A stretch of DNA of 64,000 nucleotides from Candidatus Latescibacterota bacterium (lineage in GTDB: Bacteria; Latescibacterota; UBA2968; UBA8231). Below are positions 20,022 to 31,317 of this stretch, in pieces. Both the position numbers and the translations under genes were made by a program. Numbering within the stretch: the first letter of the stretch is position 1; each line of letters begins with the position of its first letter. The stretch spans positions 352,001-416,000 of the forward strand of contig CBDAOB010000004.1 of the NCBI GenBank assembly GCA_965197905.1, read 5' to 3'. A model generated the notes under the pieces. It had not been told where the DNA came from and searched no databases. It saw only the letters and a list, made by a program, of their open reading frames with translations.

Positions 20022-20046
20022 CGACCCTTTCTCTCCCCAGCTACTT

Positions 20047-23000
20047 ATGGAATCCCGCAATATCCTGGTCCGCGGCGCCCGCGTTCACAACCTCAAGAAC
20101 GTCGATCTCGAACTTCCGAAAAATCAGCTGATCTGTTTCACCGGCGTTAGCGGATCGGGGAAATCCTCGATGGCGTTCGACACGCTGTACGCCGAAGGCC
20201 AGCGACGCTACGTCGCTTCCCTCTCCGCCTATGCCCGGCAGTTTCTCGGACAGATGGAAAAACCGGATGTGGACCAGATTTCCGGGCTCGCACCGACGAT
20301 CTCGATCGCGCAGAAGACCGGAGGTCACAACCCTCGTTCCACCGTCGGCACAATCACTGAGATCTACGACTACCTCCGCGTTCTTTACGCGCGCGTTGGT
20401 AGACCCCACTGCGTTCAATGCGGCAAACCGATCGGCGCCCAGAACCGCGGCCAGATCGGAGTCCAGATTGCGGCGCTGGGGAAAGGATCCCGCGTGCAGA
20501 TCCTGGCCCCTGTGGTCGAGCAGCGCAAGGGAGAATACAGCGAGCTCTTCGACGATCTGCAACGATCCGGTTTCCTGCGAATACGCGTCGACGGGCATAT
20601 CTACCAGCTGGAGGACGCTCCCCAGCTGGACCGCTACAGCCGCCACAACATCGAGGTGGTGATAGACAGACTGGTGCTGCGCGGCGAGGTGGATGCGCGG
20701 CTCGCCGAAGCGGTAGACAGCGCCTTGCAGATGGGGGAGGGACAGCTGATCCTCGCCCGCGACGACGAAGATGACTGGCTGCTCAGCGCCGATTTCGCCT
20801 GCGGCCGCTGCGGGATTTCGTATCGCGAGCTCACGCCCCAGATGTTCTCATTCAACAACCCACAAGGGATGTGTTCCGGGTGCGGTGGTCTCGGCACCCA
20901 GGTGCAGATGAAAGAGCAGCTGATGGTGCCCGACGCTAAGAAGTCCATATCCCAGGGCGCGATCGAACCGCTTGGGGACATCCGCAGCAATCGCTGGCGA
21001 CTTCATCTCTACGAAGGAGCCGCGGAACATCTGGGCTTCGATCTCAAGACTCCCTGGAACAAACTCTCCCAAAGTCAGAAGGAGAGTTTCCTCCATGGCA
21101 TGGGCGACGACAAGCTCGAGTTCACCTACACCAACGTGCGCGGCTATAGCTGGTCTCACAAGGACAAATACGAAGGTGTGCTCAAACACCTGGAGGACCG
21201 TTTCCACTCCGGCTCCGAGCGGGCGCGTCGAGGTTTGGAGCAGTACATGGGCACGCAGGTTTGTGTCCAGTGCCATGGCGGCCGGCTGTGCCCCGAGGCA
21301 CTGGCGGTTACCTTCGAGGACACTCGGCTGCACGAGCTCACCTCCTGGGCCATCGAGGACACTCGCGCCTTCTTCGAAAAAACGGACCTGGGTGAAACCG
21401 AACAGCTCATCGCCGAAGACGCTCTACAGGAGATCCGTGGACGTCTGCAGCTCCTGGTCGACATCGGCCTGGGATACCTGACCCTGGGTCGGGGCGCTCA
21501 CACCCTGTCCGGTGGTGAAGCCCAGCGGATTCGTCTGGCGAGCCAGATCGGCTCGGGTTTGGTAGGGGTTCTCTACGTCCTGGACGAGCCATCGATCGGC
21601 CTGCACCATCGCGACAACGAGCGCTTGCTGAGCACCCTCAAGAAGTTGCGCAGTATCGGCAATACGGTGGTGGTGGTGGAGCACGACGAGGACACGATTC
21701 GGCAGGCGGATCTGGTCTGCGATTTTGGTCCGGGAGCGGGCGAGCGCGGCGGCCAGCTGGTGATAAGCGGCGCACCGAAAGAGGTGGAAACCTGTGCCGG
21801 CTCGCTCACTGGTCAATACCTTACCGGGGCCTGCCAGATCGCTGTTCCGGAGAAACGGCGACAGCAAAACGGCCACTGGCTCGAGGTGGTAGGCGCCAGG
21901 CACAACAACCTGAAAAACATCACGGTCCGCATACCGCTGGGCCTTTTCACCTGCATCACCGGTGTATCCGGTTCGGGCAAGAGCTCCCTGGTAAACGACA
22001 TTCTGTTCAAGGCGTTGGACCGCAAGCTGCATCGAGCCCAGCTGGAGCCTGGGTCCCATGACAGCCTGCGCGGCGTCGAAGAGCTGGACAAGGTCATTCG
22101 CATCGACCAGAAACCGATCGGGCGCACCCCCAGGTCGAATCCGGCGACCTACACCAATGTCTGGACACCTATCCGGCAGCTCTTCGCGCAAGTGGCGGAT
22201 GCCAGGGTGCGCGGGTATCGGCAAGGACGTTTTAGCTTCAACGTGAAAGGCGGGCGCTGCGACGCCTGCGAAGGAAGCGGGGCGCACCTGGTGGAGATGG
22301 AATTCCTCTCCGACGTGTGGATCACCTGCGAAGTCTGTGACGGCCGGCGGTTCAACCGCGAGACCCTCGCGGTTAAATTCAAGGAAAAGTCGATCGCTGA
22401 CATCCTCGACATGGAGGTGGAGGAAGCGCTCTCCTTCTTCGAGAATCTCCCCCACATACATCGAATCTTGAAAACCTTGCACGATGTGGGATTGGGATAC
22501 ATAAAACTCGGCCAGCCCGCCCCCACCTTATCCGGCGGCGAAGCGCAGCGGGTCAAGCTGGCGAAGGAACTCTGCAGACGCGGCACCGGCCGCACCGTGT
22601 ACATCCTGGACGAGCCGACGACCGGTTTGCATTTCGCCGACGTGGAAAAGCTGCTGCGCATACTGCACACCTTCACCGGCCAGGGGAATTCGGTAGTGGT
22701 GGTCGAACACAACCTGGAGGTGATCAAGACCGCCGATCATGTCATCGATATGGGTCCGGAAGGCGGAGCGGCAGGTGGTCTGATAGTCGCCGAGGGCACC
22801 CCAGAGGTTCTGGCGGCGCATCGAGAGTCCCATACCGGTCAGGCCTTGAAGACGGTGCTCTCCAAGAGAGAGACGGCTTCCGTAACCTCCTCGCGACGTC
22901 GGCTTCAGCTCAATGGCCGTCCCATCAAACATATCGACGTAGTCGGCGCCCGGATGCACAACCTCCGCGATATCAACCTGCGCGTTCCCCGGGACAAGAT

Positions 23001-25710
23001 GACGGTTGTGTCCGGCGTCAGCGGATCGGGAAAATCCTCCCTCGCCTTCGATACGATCTACGCCGAAGGGCAGCGTCGCTACGTAGAGTCGCTTTCGGCC
23101 TACGCCCGCCAGTTCCTGGATCAGATGCAGAAGCCGAAGGTGGAGAAGGTCACCGGTCTATCTCCCGCTATCGCCATCGAGCAGAAAAGTCCGAGCAAGA
23201 ATCCGCGTTCGACCGTCGGCACGGTCACCGAGGTCTACGACTACCTGCGCGCACTGTTCGCCAACATCGGGGTCCAGTACTGCCCCAGATGCAACGTCGC
23301 GGCCGGCACCCAGACACCTCAACAGATCGTCGACCGCATCCTCGAGTCGTACGAGGACCACCGCATCCTGGTTCTGGCGCCTATTGAGCCGGCGAGGAAC
23401 GAGGGGTATGAGACCTTGTTGCAGCGCGCGCGCCAAGAGGGTTTCGCCCGGGTTCGAATCGGTGGCAAGATTCGCGACCTGGCAGAGGATATCGAGCTGG
23501 AGCGACGCCACCGGCATCGAGTAGAGCTGGTTGTGGATCGGCTAAGCTCTCGCGTGCGGGATCGGGGTCGCCTGAACGAGTCGGTGGAGCGCTCCGTGGA
23601 ACTTTCGGGCGGCGAGATCGTCGTGTTGTCAGCCGAAGACAACAAGGAGTCCCGCTTCAGCAAGAGCTTTTCCTGCCCCCAATGCGGGCGCAGTTTCGAT
23701 CCGCTCAACCCGAGGCGATTTTCCTTCAACCATAACGAGGGCATGTGCCAGGTCTGCGAGGGGCTCGGGGTCGACGAGGGATTTGATCGAGACCTGGTGT
23801 TCCGCGATCGAAAATTGAGTGTCCGCGCCGGCGCGGTGGCCGCCTGGGGAGAGCTGAACGATTCCGATTTCGCCCGCATGCTGAAAGCTGCCGGGGAGCA
23901 GCTCGGGTTCGATATAGATACCCCGGTAGCGCGTTTGGGTGCGGATGCCGTCCGCGTTCTGCTCTACGGCGACCCGCACCGCAAGCTGTCCATGGGCAAC
24001 GGACTGCAAGTGGCCTATAGGGGGCTGCTGCATCCGATCGACGAGTTTATCCGCACCTCTAAGCGGTTCAAGAAGATGCTGCGCGAAGTGCCCTGCTCGG
24101 CTTGCGAGGGTAGTCGACTCAAGTTGGAGAGTCGCAACGTGCGCATCCGCGATTCGACGATGGTGGATTTGACCCGGCGACCCATGAGTGAATGCCTGCA
24201 GTTCTTCATGGAGGTGCAGCTGGCCCCTAGAGAAGAGGAATTGGCAGGCGAGCTGTTGCAGGAGATCCGCCAACGCCTGCAGTTTCTCGATCGGGTCGGG
24301 CTCGGTTATATAAGTCTGGAACGTCGCGCAGCGACCTTGTCTGGGGGTGAGGCCCAACGCATCAGGCTGGCAAGCCAGATTGGCTCGGGACTTACCGGCG
24401 TTCTTTACCTGCTCGACGAACCGACCATTGGGCTACACGCTCGGGATACCCACCGGCTGTTGGACGCACTCAACGATTTGAAGGAGCTGGGAAACACCCT
24501 GATCCTGGTGGAACACGATCGCGAGACCCTCGAGCGCGCCGATTTTATCGCCGACCTCGGCCCGGGCGCGGGACGAAGCGGCGGAGAGCTGGTGGCGTGC
24601 GGAACGCCCGACAAGGTGAAACGCAGCCGCGCGTCGAAGACCGGCGCCTATCTCCGCGGCCGGCTGCAGATTGACCTTCCCGCTCGCAAGCGTCGAAAAA
24701 AGACCGGATCGTTGACACTTAAAGGGGCGCGGCAGAACAACCTCAAGAATATCGATGTGGAATTTCCCCTCGAATCGTTCATCTGCGTAACCGGCGTTTC
24801 CGGCTCGGGCAAGAGCTCGTTGGTGCAGGACACGTTGCACAACGCTCTGGCCAGCAAGATCCAGGGCACTCGATGCGAGCAGGGTGAGTACGACGCGCTG
24901 ACGGGACTCGAGCAAATCGACAAGATCATCGACATCGACCAGAGCCCCATTGGCCACTCGCCGCGCAGCACGCCGGCGACAGTCATGGGGGTGTTCAACC
25001 TCATCCGCCAGCTCTACTCCCAGCTCCCCGATGCCAAGGTGCGGGGGTTCGCGCCAGGCCGCTTCAGCTTCAACCGGCCCGGCGGCCGTTGCGAGTCGTG
25101 CGAAGGGTTGGGCTGGCGCTGTATCGAAATGCATTTTCTGCCCGACGTCTGGGTAAGGTGCGATCATTGTCAGGGCAAACGTTTCACGGCGGAGATCCTC
25201 GAGATCCAGTTCAAGGGCCGTTCCATCGTTGACGTACTCGAGATGACCGTAGACCAAGCGGTGGGCGTGTTCGACAATGTTCCCAACATCTCCAAGAAAC
25301 TGCAGACGATGGAGGACGTGGGCTTGGGATACATGTCTCTTGGACAGTCGTCGACCACCTTCTCCGGCGGCGAAGCACAGCGGTTGAAATTGGCTACGGA
25401 GCTGGCTCGCCCCAGCACCGGAAACACCTTCTATATCCTGGACGAACCAACCACCGGGTTGCATTGCGCCGACATCCAAAAGTTGCTGCATGTCATCCAC
25501 CGTCTGGTCGCTTCGGGAAATACTGTGTTGGTGGTGGAGCACAATATGGATGTTATCAAGAATGCCGATCACATCATCGACCTCGGACCCGAAGGGGGAG
25601 ACGAGGGCGGCAAGATCGTGGCAATCGGAACGCCGAAGGCGGTCGCCTCCGCCTCCAAATCCCACACCGGCCGGGTGCTCAAACAGACCCTGGCGGCGGT
25701 TTCCGCGTGA
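20047..25710 (+). CDS. uvrA: Excinuclease ABC subunit A, tandem-fused double-length form (1887 aa)
   Basis: Two complete UvrA units; four GVSGSGKSS Walker A and four (L/F)SGGEAQR signatures; Zn-finger CxxC pairs; second unit starts near 22925. Confidence 0.96.
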   Translation: MESRNILVRGARVHNLKNVDLELPKNQLICFTGVSGSGKSSMAFDTLYAEGQRRYVASLSAYARQFLGQMEKPDVDQISGLAPTISIAQKTGGHNPRSTVGTITEIYDYLRVLYARVGRPHCVQCGKPIGAQNRGQIGVQIAALGKGSRVQILAPVVEQRKGEYSELFDDLQRSGFLRIRVDGHIYQLEDAPQLDRYSRHNIEVVIDRLVLRGEVDARLAEAVDSALQMGEGQLILARDDEDDWLLSADFACGRCGISYRELTPQMFSFNNPQGMCSGCGGLGTQVQMKEQLMVPDAKKSISQGAIEPLGDIRSNRWRLHLYEGAAEHLGFDLKTPWNKLSQSQKESFLHGMGDDKLEFTYTNVRGYSWSHKDKYEGVLKHLEDRFHSGSERARRGLEQYMGTQVCVQCHGGRLCPEALAVTFEDTRLHELTSWAIEDTRAFFEKTDLGETEQLIAEDALQEIRGRLQLLVDIGLGYLTLGRGAHTLSGGEAQRIRLASQIGSGLVGVLYVLDEPSIGLHHRDNERLLSTLKKLRSIGNTVVVVEHDEDTIRQADLVCDFGPGAGERGGQLVISGAPKEVETCAGSLTGQYLTGACQIAVPEKRRQQNGHWLEVVGARHNNLKNITVRIPLGLFTCITGVSGSGKSSLVNDILFKALDRKLHRAQLEPGSHDSLRGVEELDKVIRIDQKPIGRTPRSNPATYTNVWTPIRQLFAQVADARVRGYRQGRFSFNVKGGRCDACEGSGAHLVEMEFLSDVWITCEVCDGRRFNRETLAVKFKEKSIADILDMEVEEALSFFENLPHIHRILKTLHDVGLGYIKLGQPAPTLSGGEAQRVKLAKELCRRGTGRTVYILDEPTTGLHFADVEKLLRILHTFTGQGNSVVVVEHNLEVIKTADHVIDMGPEGGAAGGLIVAEGTPEVLAAHRESHTGQALKTVLSKRETASVTSSRRRLQLNGRPIKHIDVVGARMHNLRDINLRVPRDKMTVVSGVSGSGKSSLAFDTIYAEGQRRYVESLSAYARQFLDQMQKPKVEKVTGLSPAIAIEQKSPSKNPRSTVGTVTEVYDYLRALFANIGVQYCPRCNVAAGTQTPQQIVDRILESYEDHRILVLAPIEPARNEGYETLLQRARQEGFARVRIGGKIRDLAEDIELERRHRHRVELVVDRLSSRVRDRGRLNESVERSVELSGGEIVVLSAEDNKESRFSKSFSCPQCGRSFDPLNPRRFSFNHNEGMCQVCEGLGVDEGFDRDLVFRDRKLSVRAGAVAAWGELNDSDFARMLKAAGEQLGFDIDTPVARLGADAVRVLLYGDPHRKLSMGNGLQVAYRGLLHPIDEFIRTSKRFKKMLREVPCSACEGSRLKLESRNVRIRDSTMVDLTRRPMSECLQFFMEVQLAPREEELAGELLQEIRQRLQFLDRVGLGYISLERRAATLSGGEAQRIRLASQIGSGLTGVLYLLDEPTIGLHARDTHRLLDALNDLKELGNTLILVEHDRETLERADFIADLGPGAGRSGGELVACGTPDKVKRSRASKTGAYLRGRLQIDLPARKRRKKTGSLTLKGARQNNLKNIDVEFPLESFICVTGVSGSGKSSLVQDTLHNALASKIQGTRCEQGEYDALTGLEQIDKIIDIDQSPIGHSPRSTPATVMGVFNLIRQLYSQLPDAKVRGFAPGRFSFNRPGGRCESCEGLGWRCIEMHFLPDVWVRCDHCQGKRFTAEILEIQFKGRSIVDVLEMTVDQAVGVFDNVPNISKKLQTMEDVGLGYMSLGQSSTTFSGGEAQRLKLATELARPSTGNTFYILDEPTTGLHCADIQKLLHVIHRLVASGNTVLVVEHNMDVIKNADHIIDLGPEGGDEGGKIVAIGTPKAVASASKSHTGRVLKQTLAAVSA

Positions 25711-25746
25711 GCGGGCTTGCCGTCCAGGCCTCTCTTGTGGGCTTCC

Positions 25747-26409
25747 ATGTTTGAACCCAACGTTCCGCGCCGCAGCTTCTTCGACTTCGCCTTCGTTTGC
25801 CCGCACCGTGCCCAACCACCCAAAATCGATGGAAATCTGCGGGATTGGTCTGCGGAAGAGATGCTGCCAGATCTGATGGGCGTCGACGGTGACAGCCGAT
25901 TCGCCAATCTGTTCGCCAGCTGGGACGACTCCGGGCTATACTTCGGCTTCGAGATCAGCCGCAAGACCACCTACAAGATCAAACCTAAAGAACCCGAGAG
26001 AGGGGACTGTCTGGAACTGTGGATCGACTCTCGGGACCTGAAGGATAGCCATCGCGCCAATAGGTACTGTCACCGGTTCTACTTCCTGCCGGGCGGCCGC
26101 GGGTCGGATGGCAAACAGCCAATCGGGCGACACACCCACATCGACGGGGCGAGGGAGCAATCCCCCCCTTGCCCTGAGGATGCGATCGAGATCGGACTGC
26201 GGCGTCTCAAGAGAAGCTGTCAGATGGAAATCAAGATTCCCGCTGAGGGTTTGAACGGATTCCAGCCGCGGGAATTCCGCCGCATTGGGTTCAACTACAT
26301 TCTTCACGACACCGAAAAGGGGCGTCAGTCATGGACGTGTAATGGCGACGAAGACCGCGGCAGTGACCCCAGTACATGGGGGACCCTCGAACTGCACGGG
26401 GAACTGTAG
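25747..26409 (+). CDS. CBM9/DOMON-like sugar-binding domain protein
   Basis: PKIDGNLRDW, WDDSGLYF, GDCLELWID, EIKIP, IGFN and DPSTWGTL. Confidence 0.7.
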   Translation: MFEPNVPRRSFFDFAFVCPHRAQPPKIDGNLRDWSAEEMLPDLMGVDGDSRFANLFASWDDSGLYFGFEISRKTTYKIKPKEPERGDCLELWIDSRDLKDSHRANRYCHRFYFLPGGRGSDGKQPIGRHTHIDGAREQSPPCPEDAIEIGLRRLKRSCQMEIKIPAEGLNGFQPREFRRIGFNYILHDTEKGRQSWTCNGDEDRGSDPSTWGTLELHGEL

Positions 26410-26570
26410 TGGCCTGTCGCGGAAATAGCTTACGGAAATTCTGGCGCCGAGGCGCCCGGCCCGCAAGGCGCCTGAGCGAAACCGTACTGTTCGAGTACGG
26501 CAAGAGAGGGCAACGCCACGGGTCGGGATGGATCGACGCCAGAAAACGGAATATATTCCGCGACCGGCCA
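26410..26570 (+). mobile_element. 161-bp MITE-like hairpin element, copy D
   Basis: TIR TGGCCTGTCGCGGAA/TTCCGCGACCGGCCA (1 mismatch) directly after a TAG stop; core at 26464-26516 with CCGTACT/AGTACGG hairpin. Confidence 0.8.
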
Positions 26571-26690
26571 CCTGTACTCGTGTATCCAGTACATCGAAGT
26601 TTTGTTATCTTTATCGGGTTACCAATGAATGCCATTGCCGACCACGTCCGGCGTTCTTAGGAACCGCACCACACCCATCCAACAAGGCTT

Positions 26691-29303
26691 ATGAACCTCT
26701 CCAAACCCGCCAACCAAGTGGGTCTCTGCGTATTTGTCGGGACACTGGCGCTATACCTGAAGACCATGGCGCCGGGCGTGACCTTTTGGGACACCGGCGA
26801 ATTCATTGCATCCTCCTATATTCTCGGTGTCCCTCACCCGCCCGGGTCGCCGCTCTACGTTCTGTTGGGACGCGCCTTTACCTTCTTACCGTTTGGAGAC
26901 GTTGCCTGGCGCGTGGTTCTAATGTCGGTGGTATCCGGGGCGCTCGGCGTCTGGTGTGCCTATCTCACCACCGTCTCCCTCATTCGCCGCGCCCTGGGCG
27001 GTCAGTCGTTGCAGCCGTTCGACGACGGCCGCGAGGTCAGCAGCATTCTTGGCGGCGCGGTAGCGGCCCTGTCGCTTGCGTGCTCCTACACCTACTGGTT
27101 CAACGCCACCGAAGCTGAAGTCTACGGCTACTCGCTCCTCTTCGTTACCCTCGGCATCTGGTTGATCGTCTACTGGGAAGGCACCCAGCACGGATCGACC
27201 AACGACCGCTGGCTGTTTCTGATCGCCTACCTGTTCGGGCTGGGGGGCGGCATTCATCTGCTCTGCCTGCTCACCATCCCGTCGATCCTGATTCTGGCCT
27301 GGTTCGCCGACGAGAAGCTGCGCCATCTGACGCTGCTGCTGATCGGGCTGGGGCTGTGGGGAATGCTTCTGCTCGCCGTCGCCGGACCGGGCACCGGAAG
27401 CAACGTGTTGACTGTAGTGGCCTTGGCCGCCCTGCTCTACCATCTCTACAATCGTGAACGCCGATCCTTCTGGCTGCTCATCGGGGTCGTCGTTCTCTTT
27501 GCGATTGGTTATTCGACCTACGCGTCCCTCTACGTGCGCTCCGGACTCAACCCGGTCATCGATGAGAATGATCCGGAAACCTGGGACGCCTTCATGAAAT
27601 TCCTGAACCGCGAACAGTACGGCACCGATAGCCAGCTCCTGGGCATGTTCAGCGCGCGGGCCTCTCGGGTCTACCAGTTCTGGTATCTGCAGATGAAGTA
27701 CTTCTTCCAGCAGTTTCCGTTCCCCCTGCTGGAACGCGCCATCGAATTCAGAAAAGCAACCGAGCAGAGCAAGGATATCGTGAGCGTTTCGTTGGTGCCA
27801 TACCTTCTCGGTCTCGGTGGGTTGTTCTGGCACATCCGGCAGGATTGGCGCCGATTTGCTGCGATCTTCGCGCTCTTCGTGATCATGGGATTCGGTCTAT
27901 CCATGTACCTCAATATGCCAGATCCACAACCGCGCGAACGGCATTATGTCTTCGGCGGCATGTTTTACGCCTTCGCGATCTGGATGGGCATCGGGTGGGC
28001 CGGTATCGTCGATTCATTGCGGCGTCAAATCGCCATGCCCGCCCGTGTATTGGTGGGGATCTCGCTGTTCGGGCTCCTGGTACCCGTCGGCATCGGAGCA
28101 CGCCTTTACCACGTGGAAGACCGAACCGGCGACCACGTGGCGTATGACTACGGCTACAACATTCTCCAGTCGTGCGATCAAAACAGCTTGCTGTTCACCA
28201 ACGGCGACAACGACACCTTCCCTCTATGGTACCTGCAGGAGGTAGAGGGCATTCGCAGGGATGTTCGGGTCATCAATCTGAGCCTGCTGAATACCGGGTG
28301 GTACATCAAACAGCTGCGCGATCGGGAGCCGAAGGTGGCAATAAGCCTACCCGACAGCTATATCGATTCGGTGCTGACCGACACTCAGCTCGTGGATCTC
28401 TACAAGAGAGCGTGGCAGGAACCTGTCATCTCACAGGTGCATAAGACACTGAAGGATGCGGGGTTCGACGTGGAGTACAAACCCCAACCCGGTCACGATT
28501 TGATGCGCATCCAGGACGTCATGATCATCGGCCTGTTGAAGTGGAACGAGGGGCGACGACCCGTTCACTTCGCCATAACGGTGGCCGGCAGCAATCGCCT
28601 TGGCCTCGACCCGTATCTGCGCATGGGCGGCATGACCTTGAGACTGGTCCCGGAGCGCGACCTTGGCCCTGACTTGGAACGACTCGAGCACAACCTGTTC
28701 CAGGTGTACCGATTCAGGAACTTGACCGACACCAACGTCTTCCAGGACCTGAACACGGCGCGGCTTCTGGGCAACTACCGCGCCTGCGTTCTGCAGCTCG
28801 CCGAGCTCTACCAGAAAGCGGGCAAAGGGGAGGAGATGGTCCACCTGATGAACTGGGCGCGCGAGCGTTTGCCGTTCGGCTGGGAAACCTTCTACTCGGC
28901 GGGCGAATACCTGGGCAATGTCAACGAGGTCGAGATGGCCGCCGAGTATATCGAGAACGCCGGCCTCGAGCTGGTCGAGAAGTACGGTGAGAGTGACGTA
29001 GCTTCCTACGACAACATCACGACCATTGGCAGCATTCTGTTGAATGAGCCGTATTCGGCTATCGATCGGGCGGAAGGGCTCTACCGCGCCGCAATCGCCA
29101 GGGAACCTCAAAGATGGGACGCCTATTTCGAGCTGGCCGCCACCCTGCAGGCCAAGGGTGACGCAGTCGGCGGACTGAAGCTCCTGACCGATTACCGCAG
29201 CCGCTACGGAGAGGTACAGAAGCTCGTGGAAGCGGAGCAGGTCCTGCAAAACGCCCTGCAAAAACCAACGGCACCAGCGGAAAGCTCCGCAGTTCGACCG
29301 TGA
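26691..29303 (+). CDS. DUF2723 (TMEM260-like) GT-C membrane glycosyltransferase with C-terminal TPR-like region
   Basis: WDTGEFI...LGVPHPPGSPLY, ATEAEVY, QPRERHY, FTNGDNDTFPLWYLQEVEG.R.DV and NLSLLNT.WY. Confidence 0.9.
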   Translation: MNLSKPANQVGLCVFVGTLALYLKTMAPGVTFWDTGEFIASSYILGVPHPPGSPLYVLLGRAFTFLPFGDVAWRVVLMSVVSGALGVWCAYLTTVSLIRRALGGQSLQPFDDGREVSSILGGAVAALSLACSYTYWFNATEAEVYGYSLLFVTLGIWLIVYWEGTQHGSTNDRWLFLIAYLFGLGGGIHLLCLLTIPSILILAWFADEKLRHLTLLLIGLGLWGMLLLAVAGPGTGSNVLTVVALAALLYHLYNRERRSFWLLIGVVVLFAIGYSTYASLYVRSGLNPVIDENDPETWDAFMKFLNREQYGTDSQLLGMFSARASRVYQFWYLQMKYFFQQFPFPLLERAIEFRKATEQSKDIVSVSLVPYLLGLGGLFWHIRQDWRRFAAIFALFVIMGFGLSMYLNMPDPQPRERHYVFGGMFYAFAIWMGIGWAGIVDSLRRQIAMPARVLVGISLFGLLVPVGIGARLYHVEDRTGDHVAYDYGYNILQSCDQNSLLFTNGDNDTFPLWYLQEVEGIRRDVRVINLSLLNTGWYIKQLRDREPKVAISLPDSYIDSVLTDTQLVDLYKRAWQEPVISQVHKTLKDAGFDVEYKPQPGHDLMRIQDVMIIGLLKWNEGRRPVHFAITVAGSNRLGLDPYLRMGGMTLRLVPERDLGPDLERLEHNLFQVYRFRNLTDTNVFQDLNTARLLGNYRACVLQLAELYQKAGKGEEMVHLMNWARERLPFGWETFYSAGEYLGNVNEVEMAAEYIENAGLELVEKYGESDVASYDNITTIGSILLNEPYSAIDRAEGLYRAAIAREPQRWDAYFELAATLQAKGDAVGGLKLLTDYRSRYGEVQKLVEAEQVLQNALQKPTAPAESSAVRP

Positions 29304-30343
29304 ATGATTCGGTCACCGTCGTAATTCCCCATTATTGCTCCGAAACCCTCCAGTCCTGTCTCACCTCCGTTTTTGACCATAGCGACGTGAACGTAACGGT
29401 CATCGTCGTCGACGATGGACCAGATGCGCCCAGCGTGCAGCAGGCACGGGCTGCTTTCCCCCAGGTCAACATACTGCGCAACGACCGCAATGTGGGATTC
29501 AGCGCTTCGTGCAATCGGGGGTTGAAAGCAGCGGACACCCGATTTGCGGTCCTACTCAACGACGATACCCGGGTGACCGCAGGGTGGTTATCACCCATGG
29601 TGGACGCAGCCGAAGCCGACCCCAGCATCGCCGTCTGCCAGCCCAAGCTGCTGTCGGCAACCAAAGCCGACACCTTCGATGACGGCGGCGCGGCGGGCGG
29701 TTATATGGATCAGCTGGGTTATCCGTTCTGTCGCGGGCGCCTGCTGTTTCATCAGGAGCAAGACGATGGACAATACGACGCGACCGTGCCCCTATTCTGG
29801 GCGTGCGGCTCCGCCATGTTTATCCGTCTCGAGTCGTTGGCCAGGGTTGGTTATCTGGATCTGGACTATTTCATGCACATGGAGGAGATAGACCTCTGCT
29901 GGCGCCTGCGCGATGCCGGCTACCGCATCATGGCAGTCCCCTTGTCCACGGTATTTCACTACTCGGCCTGGTCGCTGCCGCCCGAAGGTTTTCGCCGCGT
30001 CTACCTCAAGCACCGAAACAACCTGGCGATGATCTGCATCAACATGGATCTGCGTTCGCTGTTGTGGGTCTTCCCCGTCCGCATCCCGTTGGAGGCCATG
30101 GCCGCCCTCGGATATCTGGCGAAGCGGGAGTGGGAACACGTCGTCGCACCTCTGGCGGCCGTATTGTGGATTCTTACGCATCCGTTCAACCTCTGGTCGC
30201 GCCGGCGCCGCAGCCGAGCGTCCGCGGCTCCAACCTCGCGCCGCAATCGGGACGGACTCTTCCGCGGCAGTATTCTCTTTCAATACTACTTCAAGGGTGT
30301 CCGCGTGGCATCCGCGCTAATGAGCGAACGGCCCGAGGCATGA
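29300..30343 (+). CDS. Glycosyltransferase family 2
   Basis: VIVVDD, NVGFSASCN, LLNDD, WACGSAM and FMHMEEIDLCWR. Confidence 0.93.
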   Translation: MNDSVTVVIPHYCSETLQSCLTSVFDHSDVNVTVIVVDDGPDAPSVQQARAAFPQVNILRNDRNVGFSASCNRGLKAADTRFAVLLNDDTRVTAGWLSPMVDAAEADPSIAVCQPKLLSATKADTFDDGGAAGGYMDQLGYPFCRGRLLFHQEQDDGQYDATVPLFWACGSAMFIRLESLARVGYLDLDYFMHMEEIDLCWRLRDAGYRIMAVPLSTVFHYSAWSLPPEGFRRVYLKHRNNLAMICINMDLRSLLWVFPVRIPLEAMAALGYLAKREWEHVVAPLAAVLWILTHPFNLWSRRRRSRASAAPTSRRNRDGLFRGSILFQYYFKGVRVASALMSERPEA

Positions 30344-31317
30344 AGAAGCTGCTCAACACCGGCTTGAAGCTGTTGATCAGCGCCGGTCTGCTTGGTTACC
30401 TGGCTTACGAAGTGGACGTGCCCAGGTTGGGAGATGTTTTCGCGCAGACGGTGTTGTGGCCGTTTGCCGCGGCGGTCTGTTTCTTCGTCCTGAGCAATCT
30501 GCTGGGCTCGTTTCAATGGTACCTGCTGCTTCGAGCTCAGTTGATCCGAATTTCCTTCTGGCAGGCGATGGTTTTTTACTTCGTCGGCGTTTTCTTCAAC
30601 AACGTTCTCTTGGGAAACATCGGTGGCGACGCGCTCCGCATATACGATATTCGGCGCCTGACCGGCACCACCCGTGGAGGCATGGCAGCCACGCTCACCG
30701 ATCGCTTCGTCGGTCTGTTTTCCACCTGCAGCCTGGCGCTCGTCGCCATCCTGATGGCAACCGAGGCACCCGTCGCCGGCCTGCTGTCAATCCTCGTTCC
30801 GGTTTGGATAGCGCTGGTGGTTCTCCTCGTGATGGGACTCAGCCGGCGAATCGGCAGCCGCCTCGAATCCATGGCCGTTGCTATCCTGCCGCGGCGCCTG
30901 GGTTCGCTCCTGGCCGACCTTCGCGGCAGCATCGTTGTCTATCGGCACCAAGTACCCCTGCTGGTAACCGTCCTGGGGATCTCCCTAGGGGTGCAATCTT
31001 GCCGCATTCTCGTCTACTGGTCTGCCGGCCTCGCCGTGGGCTTGAACGCCGGATTGCTCTACTTCGTCTGTTTTCAGCCCGTCGCCGCCATCGTCGCCGC
31101 CCTGCCGATCTCCATCGGCGGCCTCGGCGTGCGCGAGAATTCGCTGGTACGGCTTTTTGGCAGCGTCGGCGTATCGCCGGAGGTGGCCACCGCCATGTCC
31201 CTGTTGGGGTACGTCGCCGGCATCATCGCAAGCTTGTTGGGAGGAGCGGCGTTCGTACTGCGCCGGGTCGAGCGTCGGGACGAATCCGCTATCCATCCTG
31301 GTGAGCCGCCGGCATGA
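30340..31317 (+). CDS. Lysylphosphatidylglycerol synthase TM / flippase-like protein (UPF0104)
   Basis: G.FFNNVL.GNIGGDA.R and LPISIGGLGVRE; ATGA overlap with GT2. Confidence 0.88.
   Translation: MKKLLNTGLKLLISAGLLGYLAYEVDVPRLGDVFAQTVLWPFAAAVCFFVLSNLLGSFQWYLLLRAQLIRISFWQAMVFYFVGVFFNNVLLGNIGGDALRIYDIRRLTGTTRGGMAATLTDRFVGLFSTCSLALVAILMATEAPVAGLLSILVPVWIALVVLLVMGLSRRIGSRLESMAVAILPRRLGSLLADLRGSIVVYRHQVPLLVTVLGISLGVQSCRILVYWSAGLAVGLNAGLLYFVCFQPVAAIVAALPISIGGLGVRENSLVRLFGSVGVSPEVATAMSLLGYVAGIIASLLGGAAFVLRRVERRDESAIHPGEPPA

Noticed and set aside
21424..25815. Long antisense ORFs (352 and 460 aa) inside uvrA, and similar ones opposite other genes
   Set aside because: Shadow frames expected from high-GC codon bias; no protein motifs
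26573..26593. TGTAC-N11-GTACA dyad next to element D
   Set aside because: Single short instance whose spacing differs from the uvrA box; may be chance
29803..30339. N-terminal extension of the 504-aa ORF
   Set aside because: Overlaps GT2 out of frame; the real start is ATG 30340
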